The notes beneath the pieces were generated by a model. The model was not told the DNA's origin and made no database searches. It saw nothing but the letters and a program-made list of their open reading frames with translations. The position numbers and the translations under genes were made by a program. Below are positions 56,949 through 64,000 of a stretch of 64,000 nt of DNA, one piece after another (within the stretch, counting starts at the first letter, position 1; the number at the start of each line of letters is the position of its first letter). The stretch comes from an uncultured Candidatus Actinomarina sp. (GTDB lineage: Bacteria; Actinomycetota; Acidimicrobiia; Actinomarinales; Actinomarinaceae), in contig CACMQN010000005.1 in NCBI GenBank assembly GCA_902615855.1, positions 8,596 to 72,595 of the forward strand. The letters run 5' to 3'.

Positions 56949-58005
56949 CTTTTCTCCAGGTCCAGCTAAATTAGATCCTTCTGTAATTAGTAAATCACAA
57001 GACTCAGTAGCTAATTACCAAAATACTGGTTTATCGATTTTAGAGATAGGCCATAGATCTAAAGATTTTGAAACATTAATAAACGCTCTTCAAGAGAATA
57101 TGGAAAATATTTTTAATATTCCTTCAAATTATTTCACTCTTCTTTTGCAAGGCGGAGCAACATATCAGAATACATTTATCGCTAATAACTTTGATAAAGA
57201 AAATAAACTTTTAGGTTGCCTAGTCACAGGAACATGGGGGAGGTACTCAGTTGAAGATTTCTCAAAAATTAGAGATACGAAATTAATTGAATTAAGTGAT
57301 AATGAAATTGAGAATTATATTCAAACACCATGGGATCTAGAAGGTGTTGATTATTTGCACCTAACGTCAAACGAGACAATAAATGGAGTTCAATTAAGGG
57401 AATTCAATAAAATTCCACATGATTCATTACTCATTGATATGTCCTCAGATATTGGTTCTTATAGTTTTGAATGGGACAATTTAGCTTATGTTTATGCAGG
57501 AGCTCAAAAAAATATGGGTATACCTGGTGTCTCAATATGTATTGGAAATGAAAAATATTTAAATTCAGAAGATAATTCAAGATACCTTAATCTTGGACAA
57601 TTGGTAGAAAAGAACTCTTTGTTAAACACACCTCCTACTTTTTCGATATACGTCCTCAAGCTTGTTACCGATTGGATGATAGAAATGGGAGGTATTAAAT
57701 ATTTTGAAGAGAAATCAATAAGACAATCATCAAGACTTTATGAACAATTACAGACCTATGAGGAATTTTTAATATTGCCAGTTAATGACTACTCAAAAAG
57801 TAGATCCAATATTATTTTTAAATTTTTAAATGAGGATTTAGAAAAAAAGTTTCTTATTGAAGCAATCGAAAAAGGAATACTTGGTTTGAATGGACATAGA
57901 AGTGAAGGGGGAATAAGAATTAGTCTTTACAATTCAGTTACAGATGAGATGGTTGATTACTTGTCAGAATTTATGGACAAATTTTTTGCGGGTAATGAAA
58001 AATAA
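56932..58005 (+). CDS. serC: Phosphoserine aminotransferase
   Basis: YNFSPGPAKL, LQGGATYQ, TSNETING, DMSSD, YAGAQKNMG (PLP Lys), NTPPTF, GHRSEGGIRISLYN. Confidence 0.94.
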   Translation: MQHIYNFSPGPAKLDPSVISKSQDSVANYQNTGLSILEIGHRSKDFETLINALQENMENIFNIPSNYFTLLLQGGATYQNTFIANNFDKENKLLGCLVTGTWGRYSVEDFSKIRDTKLIELSDNEIENYIQTPWDLEGVDYLHLTSNETINGVQLREFNKIPHDSLLIDMSSDIGSYSFEWDNLAYVYAGAQKNMGIPGVSICIGNEKYLNSEDNSRYLNLGQLVEKNSLLNTPPTFSIYVLKLVTDWMIEMGGIKYFEEKSIRQSSRLYEQLQTYEEFLILPVNDYSKSRSNIIFKFLNEDLEKKFLIEAIEKGILGLNGHRSEGGIRISLYNSVTDEMVDYLSEFMDKFFAGNEK

Positions 58006-58642
58006 TTATTTCACAACTTATAAATTTGAAAACTACGATGTTGAAGGTCTAAAGCTAGAAATTAATTTTGCAAATGCCGAGTTTTTAGAGATAAAGACCC
58101 ATGAAGAAATAGATACACCAATTGAAAACATCGAAGAATCTTTTGACCCACTTTTGTTTGGAATTGATGAGAATTTAGAAAACATCAGAAATATAGATGA
58201 TTTAAATGGCAAGAAAATAATTCTATTAGACGGACATCATCGATATGAATACTTGAAAAGAAAAGATATTGATAAATCTATTGAAATAGTACTAATTTCA
58301 ACTGTTGATGTAGAAATTCTCTCTTATCCATCACGTTTAACAATCGGAAAAAAAGAATTTGAGAAAATCCTTGAAAATCATAATTTTTTAAATAATGCTT
58401 CTTCAAAATTTTTTGTTTCAATTGATGATGTTAAATTTTTCAACAAAGAAATTGAAGACATCTATCAACTTTATGAATTTAAAAATTTCTGTTACGTCAA
58501 TGAGTATATAAGCTCTACTGTCAATGAAAATCAAGCTGGCGAAAAGGATATGGTGAATTTTACCCCAATAAAAATATCTGAAATTGTAGACAGCGATTCA
58601 CTGTTTCCTCCAAAATCTACATGGATAACTCCAAGATTATGA
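57995..58642 (+). CDS. Compact DUF1015 / ParB-Srx-fold protein (SerK-like)
   Basis: THEEI, ILLDGHHRYE and C-terminal [12 protein letters not shown]; overlaps the serC stop; ATG 57995. Confidence 0.72.
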   Translation: MKNNYFTTYKFENYDVEGLKLEINFANAEFLEIKTHEEIDTPIENIEESFDPLLFGIDENLENIRNIDDLNGKKIILLDGHHRYEYLKRKDIDKSIEIVLISTVDVEILSYPSRLTIGKKEFEKILENHNFLNNASSKFFVSIDDVKFFNKEIEDIYQLYEFKNFCYVNEYISSTVNENQAGEKDMVNFTPIKISEIVDSDSLFPPKSTWITPRL

Positions 58643-59745
58643 AAATTTGTCATGTTATAAATTCCCTAAACAGGGGAGGTGCTGAGTCCCATTTATTGGA
58701 CTTAATTAACGCACAGCTTAATGATGGGATGGATGTCTATGTCATCGTTATCGGCGAAGATAGTATTGAATCATATTCAATTGAAAGTGAATTAATTAAA
58801 AATGGCATAAATATTACAAGACTTAAAGGCCCAAGAATGTTTAATTTATTTTCATATTATTCCATGTATTCAAAATTCAGAAATGAAGAATTTGATATTA
58901 TTCACTCACATCAACCTCGTAGTGATTTTATGGTTTACAAAATAAAAAAATATTTGTCAAAAAAAAGTAAATGGATAGTTAGTGTTCATGGAAAATATGA
59001 TACATATCTCGAAAAAGGCAGTTTAAGTAATAATCTAAGAAAATACTTTATGAAGAGATTATCAAAACATTGGCAATCAGCTTCTTCGATAATCGCAATT
59101 TCTAAAGAGGTAAAAAGTTGGATTGAAAACCTCAATCAAAACTTGAATGTTGTTGTTATCCCTTATTGGATAGATATTAAAAGTGGTGAAACTTTTGAAA
59201 AAAAAGATATCGCTACACTTGGATTTCTTGGAAGACTCAATGTGAATAAAGGAATAGAAGATTTAATTAATGCAATTAATTCAGACCAGCTTAAATCACT
59301 TGATTTTAAATTAATGATTGGTGGAGGTGGAACAGAAGACTATCTAGAAAAATTAAAGAATATGATCGAACAAGACAAGACTGAAAAAGTAAATTTTCTT
59401 GGTTATATCGAAAATAGAGAAGAGTTTTTCAATAATATAGATATTTTTGTATTCCCATCTTTTTCAGAAGGTTTAGGTTTGGTGCTTCTAGAAGCGATGA
59501 GTTTTTCGAAGATTTGTATAACAAGAAATATCTTACCAATGACAAATTATATAGACGAAAGCTCAGGTTATTTGTTTAACGATGTTGATGGATTATCAAA
59601 TTCAATAGCCTCATCTATTCGAGATTTAGAAAACAATATTGAATTAATACAGAAAAAATTGTTTAATATTGAAAAGAAATTAGAAAAATCAAGTAAGGAA
59701 AATATATTTCCAGAATTAGTAAAAGTATATGAACAGTCAATTTGA
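58639..59745 (+). CDS. Glycosyltransferase family 4 (GT-B)
   Basis: [44 protein letters not shown]; ATG 58639 overlaps the upstream TGA. Confidence 0.92.
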   Translation: MKICHVINSLNRGGAESHLLDLINAQLNDGMDVYVIVIGEDSIESYSIESELIKNGINITRLKGPRMFNLFSYYSMYSKFRNEEFDIIHSHQPRSDFMVYKIKKYLSKKSKWIVSVHGKYDTYLEKGSLSNNLRKYFMKRLSKHWQSASSIIAISKEVKSWIENLNQNLNVVVIPYWIDIKSGETFEKKDIATLGFLGRLNVNKGIEDLINAINSDQLKSLDFKLMIGGGGTEDYLEKLKNMIEQDKTEKVNFLGYIENREEFFNNIDIFVFPSFSEGLGLVLLEAMSFSKICITRNILPMTNYIDESSGYLFNDVDGLSNSIASSIRDLENNIELIQKKLFNIEKKLEKSSKENIFPELVKVYEQSI

Positions 59746-62167
59746 ATATAAAAAAATAGAAAAGAAATGGCAGGAACACTGGGAAAAAAGTGAAACTGTT
59801 AAGTGTGATTTAAAATCAGACAAACCAAAATTTTACAATCTTTGTATGTACCCATATCCCTCTGGAGATCTGCATATGGGACATATTAGGAATTATACGA
59901 TCGGAGATGTTATTACTAGATATAAGCAAATGAATGGTTTCAATGTTTTATCTCCAATGGGCTGGGATTCATTTGGTCTTCCTGCCGAAAATGCAGCAAT
60001 CAAAACTGGTATTCACCCTAGAGAATTTACGGAAGAAAGAATTGCTAATATGAAATCTCAAATTATCAGATTAGGTTCTTTATATGATTGGGATAGGGAA
60101 GTTGCAGCCCACTCTGTTGATTATTACAAATGGACTCAATATCTATTTATAAAGCTGTTTGAAAATGATTTGGCTTACAAGGAGGACGCACCAGTAAATT
60201 GGTGTAATTCATGCAGAACAGTTTTAGCTAATGAACAAGTTATAGAAGGCTCTTGTGAGAGATGTGATACAGCTGTCGAACCAAAAAATTTAAACCAATG
60301 GTTTCTGAAAATATCCCAATATTCTGAAGAATTATTACAAGGACTTGATGAGATTGGTGATTGGCCAGAAAACGTGAAGACGATGCAAAGAAACTGGATT
60401 GGAAAATCTGAAGGATCTCAGTTTGAATTAAACATAATTGGAACAGACCTTACTTTTGATGTTTTCACAACAAGACCTGATACATTATTTGGGATGACTT
60501 TTGCTGTCATATCTCCAGAGCACGAATTAGTAAATCAAATTATGGAACAATCTGATAAAAAAGATGAGATACAAAATTATTTAGACTCAATTGTAAATAA
60601 GTCAGAATTCGAGAGAATGTCTATTACAAAAGAAAAAACTGGAGTAGATACCACTTTGAAAGTAATGAATCCAATCACAAATGAGGAAGTACCTTTATGG
60701 ATAGCTGATTATGTTCTTATAAATTATGGAACTGGTGCGATTATGGCAGTTCCAGCTCACGATGAAAGAGATTATGAATTCGCAAAAAAATATGATATTG
60801 AAATTAGACAGGTAATTATAGATAAAGAAAAAACAATAAATGTAGACAATGAAGCCTTTACAGGTAATGGAGTCCTTATCAATTCTGGAGAGTTCAATGA
60901 CTTAGGCTCTCACGAAGAAGCAAGTAAAAAGATAAATGACTTTTTAGTAAAAAATAAGATTGGCGATGAAAAAACAACATATCGTTTGAGAGATTGGTTA
61001 ATCAGTAGACAGAGGTATTGGGGCTGTCCAATTCCATTAATCAATTGTGATGACTGTGGATTATTACCAGAAAAATATGAAAATTTACCAGTATTACTTC
61101 CAGAAATTAAAGATTATATAAATACAGATGGATCTCCTTTGTCCAAGAGCAAAGAATTTGTTGAAACTGATTGTCCAAAATGCTCTAAGAAAGCTCTTCG
61201 TGAAACTGACACCATGGATACTTTTGTAGATTCATCCTGGTATTACATGAGATTCTTAGACCCAAAGAACGAAAATGAACCTTTTGAATCTGATTTTATA
61301 AATGAATGGTTACCGGTTGATCAATATATAGGTGGTGTCGAACATGCTATTCTTCACCTTCTTTATTCAAGGTTTTTTGTAAGAGCATTGAGGGATCTTG
61401 GTTTTATGAAAATTGATGAACCATTTCATAATCTTTTCTCTCAGGGGATGATTAACTTTGGTGGGGCAAAGATGTCAAAATCAAAAGGAAATATTGTTGA
61501 TCCAGAATCATATTTTGCGACTCATGGAGCTGACGCATTAAGATTATATATTCTTTTTATGGCACCTCCTAGCGATGGGGTTGAATGGAATGATGGGGGT
61601 ATAGAAGGAACTAAGAGATTTTTAAATAAGTTCTGGGATAATATGGTCAAAATTATTGATGAAAAAGACACCTCTGATACTTTTAGTTCAAAAGATGAAG
61701 AAATTGAGAGAAAAATTAATCAAACAATAAAATCTATTACTCAACATCTTGAGAAATTTGAGTTTAATACAGCGGTGTCTGATCTTATGAAATTAAACAA
61801 TGACTTAAGTGATTATCTCAAGGAAGATAATACGATTCAGATAGATCTAAAAGATTCAATTTTACGAAATATATTAATCCTTTTATACCCAATGTCCCCG
61901 CATATTGCTTCGGAAATATTCCAAGATTATTTTGATAGTGATATAAGTCAGGAGAAATGGCCAACTTTTGATGAAACAAAACTAGAGAATCCTGTTTATG
62001 AACTAGTGATTCAAATAAATGGAAAAAAGAGGCACGCGTTAACTGTTAACACAGGAATTGAAGAAGATGAAGTTAAACAAATTTGTACTACTAATTTTGA
62101 TATTGATTTTTCAAACGCAAAAAAAGTAATATTTATTAAAGATAAATTAATTAATATAGTTCAATAA
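59729..62167 (+). CDS. leuS: Leucine--tRNA ligase
   Basis: [59 protein letters not shown]. Confidence 0.97.
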   Translation: MNSQFEYKKIEKKWQEHWEKSETVKCDLKSDKPKFYNLCMYPYPSGDLHMGHIRNYTIGDVITRYKQMNGFNVLSPMGWDSFGLPAENAAIKTGIHPREFTEERIANMKSQIIRLGSLYDWDREVAAHSVDYYKWTQYLFIKLFENDLAYKEDAPVNWCNSCRTVLANEQVIEGSCERCDTAVEPKNLNQWFLKISQYSEELLQGLDEIGDWPENVKTMQRNWIGKSEGSQFELNIIGTDLTFDVFTTRPDTLFGMTFAVISPEHELVNQIMEQSDKKDEIQNYLDSIVNKSEFERMSITKEKTGVDTTLKVMNPITNEEVPLWIADYVLINYGTGAIMAVPAHDERDYEFAKKYDIEIRQVIIDKEKTINVDNEAFTGNGVLINSGEFNDLGSHEEASKKINDFLVKNKIGDEKTTYRLRDWLISRQRYWGCPIPLINCDDCGLLPEKYENLPVLLPEIKDYINTDGSPLSKSKEFVETDCPKCSKKALRETDTMDTFVDSSWYYMRFLDPKNENEPFESDFINEWLPVDQYIGGVEHAILHLLYSRFFVRALRDLGFMKIDEPFHNLFSQGMINFGGAKMSKSKGNIVDPESYFATHGADALRLYILFMAPPSDGVEWNDGGIEGTKRFLNKFWDNMVKIIDEKDTSDTFSSKDEEIERKINQTIKSITQHLEKFEFNTAVSDLMKLNNDLSDYLKEDNTIQIDLKDSILRNILILLYPMSPHIASEIFQDYFDSDISQEKWPTFDETKLENPVYELVIQINGKKRHALTVNTGIEEDEVKQICTTNFDIDFSNAKKVIFIKDKLINIVQ

Positions 62168-62845
62168 GTGACAAAATTAATAATTACAGAAAACTTAATT
62201 TCAGATATCAACCAAATAAAATCTGAAATAAATATCGATGAAAGTATTGTATCAATTTCTCAAGAAGAATTTACCTCTAACAATACTGCAGCATTATTCC
62301 AAAGTGATAATTTCCAATTTGTATCAGATAGTTTCGTAACATACAGTGATTTAAAAAAAATGAATTATGATTTTAATGAGAAATATATTTTTCAAGTTAA
62401 AAAAAATAATTTAAAAACATTCTCAGCTGTTGCTGAATTAATTGAAACACATTATCCAGTAAACAAAAAAAGTTCTGAGATTTACCCTTGGGACTTGGTA
62501 AATATTATTTTTTCAAAGCAAAAAAAATTAACAAATGAAATTATTGATAAATTCTGTAATGACGAAACAGTGTTTAGACAATTCTTGTCCTATTTCAACA
62601 AAGAGCTTCAAAGATTGTTGTTAGTTTATAAATACGATGAAAAAAAAGTAGCAGAAGTACTTTCTGAAAAAGTAGATTATAAGTATGAGCTTGCTCAAAA
62701 AAGGAGAGATAAATTAAATGTCAAAGATTTAGAAAATTCTTTAAGTATGATTTATAAGATTGAAAAATTAAATACTGATTCGTCTTTTAATCAAGAAAAT
62801 GCAAAACGCTTTGTTGTTTCTATTAAAAATTTATTACAGTTTTGA
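62168..62845 (+). CDS. holA: DNA polymerase III delta subunit-like, strongly reduced
   Basis: Mostly positional (leuS-holA-rpsT-lepA); IYPWDLVN..F and a helical C-terminus resemble the HolA collar domain; only 225 aa. Confidence 0.6.
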   Translation: MTKLIITENLISDINQIKSEINIDESIVSISQEEFTSNNTAALFQSDNFQFVSDSFVTYSDLKKMNYDFNEKYIFQVKKNNLKTFSAVAELIETHYPVNKKSSEIYPWDLVNIIFSKQKKLTNEIIDKFCNDETVFRQFLSYFNKELQRLLLVYKYDEKKVAEVLSEKVDYKYELAQKRRDKLNVKDLENSLSMIYKIEKLNTDSSFNQENAKRFVVSIKNLLQF

Positions 62846-63070
62846 AATTCGGGATTTATTTCTATCTCTATAATTTTTAGTTATTATTCCATTGGAATAA
62901 GCTCTATCTAAATTTTTGATTACAGTATCTTTCTGTTCTTTTTCAACATCACTTTCTGAATTTAATATAGCTTTAATAGATGATCTTAGAGCTGTTTTTT
63001 TGTCCTTATTTCTAAGATTTTTCTTCTCGTCTTGTCTTATTCTCTTTTTTTGGGATTTAATATTTGCCAT
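62834..63070 (-). CDS. rpsT: 30S ribosomal protein S20
   Basis: MANIKSQKKRI..N...KTALRSSIK, LDRAYSNGII.KN...R.KSR. Confidence 0.95.
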   Translation of the reverse strand: MANIKSQKKRIRQDEKKNLRNKDKKTALRSSIKAILNSESDVEKEQKDTVIKNLDRAYSNGIITKNYRDRNKSRISKL

Positions 63071-63109
63071 CTAAAACCTCTTGGTATATAAGATAATAAC
63101 TTATTAAAG

Positions 63110-64000
63110 ATGTTAACAAATAAAAATATAAGAAATATTTCGATTATTGCGCATGTTGATCATGGTAAATCTACTTTAGCTGACAGGCTTATCGAATTAT
63201 CTGGATTAATTACTCCTGGTGATCATAATGACCAAATTCTGGACAACATGGATCTTGAGAGAGAAAGAGGTATTACCATTAAATCTCAACCTATCAGATT
63301 AATCTTTGATGATTTAGTTATAAACTTAATTGATACACCCGGACACGTAGATTTCTCTTATGAAGTTTCCAGAGCTTTAATTGCTTGTGACGGAGCATTA
63401 TTACTTGTAGATGGAACAAAAGGTGTACAAGCTCAGACTTTTGCACATTCCTATGCAGCTATTGAAGCCGGATTAGATATTATTCCTGTCATTAACAAAA
63501 TAGATTCTGTTGATGCTGATATATCAAATGTATCTCAACAAATACACAATCTAATTGGTTCTAAGGATGAAGAAATTTTTAATATTTCTGCAAAAACTGG
63601 AGATGGAGTTCAAGAACTCATTTCAGAAATTCCAAACTTAATAACTGCTCCAATTGAGAAATCCGATAAGGTAAATGCACTAATTTTTGATTCATACTTT
63701 GATTCTTACAAAGGAGTAGTAGCTTCAGTAAGGGTTTTTGGTGGCGAGATTAAAAAAGATATGAATCTAAAGCTTGTTAATTCAGGATTTAAATTTGACG
63801 CAAATGATATCGGATATTTTGATTTGAACTTACAGAAATCTGATAGTTTAAACTTTGGCGAAGTTGGATACATCGTTACTGGCGCTAAAGATTTATCTCA
63901 AATAAGAGTTGGAGACACTTTAGTCACTGGAGAAGATGAGAAGCCAATTATATTGTCAGAATATGAAGAATCTCAACCTACAGTTTTTTCGAGTATATTT
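63110..64000 (+). CDS. lepA: Elongation factor 4 / LepA (3' end runs off the window; not in ORF track)
   Basis: MLTNKNIRNISIIAHVDHGKSTLADR, DNMDLERERGITIKSQ, LIDTPGHVDFSYEVSR, NKID. Confidence 0.96.
   Translation, partial: MLTNKNIRNISIIAHVDHGKSTLADRLIELSGLITPGDHNDQILDNMDLERERGITIKSQPIRLIFDDLVINLIDTPGHVDFSYEVSRALIACDGALLLVDGTKGVQAQTFAHSYAAIEAGLDIIPVINKIDSVDADISNVSQQIHNLIGSKDEEIFNISAKTGDGVQELISEIPNLITAPIEKSDKVNALIFDSYFDSYKGVVASVRVFGGEIKKDMNLKLVNSGFKFDANDIGYFDLNLQKSDSLNFGEVGYIVTGAKDLSQIRVGDTLVTGEDEKPIILSEYEESQPTVFSSIF

Noticed and set aside
54272-59745. Integrative element at tRNA-Ala
   Set aside because: No integrase, and no duplication of the tRNA 3' end (CCCCTCAGCTCCA) seen downstream; no mobile element is called.

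Overview
AT-rich (roughly 30% GC by eye), very densely packed chromosomal segment. It most likely comes from a streamlined marine actinobacterium (Acidimicrobiia, Ca. Actinomarinales-like); this is inferred from WhiB, UPF0182-YlbL-tRNA-fMet synteny, an LppM-like lipoprotein, the proA-AAA-vWA-nadD-rsfS order and tiny spacers. Most of it is core genome: sdhC (partial), whiB, htrA, a Liv-type ABC transporter with an embedded acyl-CoA ligase, mrp, uppP, plsY, aconitase, pdxH-rph-rdgB, cimA, acs, 8 tRNAs, tig-clpP-clpX-valS-folC-ndk-mreBCD-mrdA-rodA-rne-rplU-rpmA-obgE-proB-proA, nadD, rsfS, a small glycan cluster with serC, and leuS-holA-rpsT-lepA (partial). I found no transposase, integrase, prophage, rRNA or CRISPR array. 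The most notable items are: (1) a stand-alone 485-aa protein made of two tandem Cas4/AddB-like Fe-S nuclease domains, the first apparently catalytically dead; (2) an Ile-rich leader peptide (MINFIIIT) with a terminator/antiterminator upstream of cimA; (3) a Translin/TRAX-family protein with its acidic catalytic tetrad intact; (4) a 49-aa CCCH zinc-finger-like microprotein missed by the ORF track; (5) a half-size DUF1015/SerK-like protein coupled to serC; (6) a recurrent leaderless promoter architecture. All family calls are from motifs recognised by eye; no database search was run.
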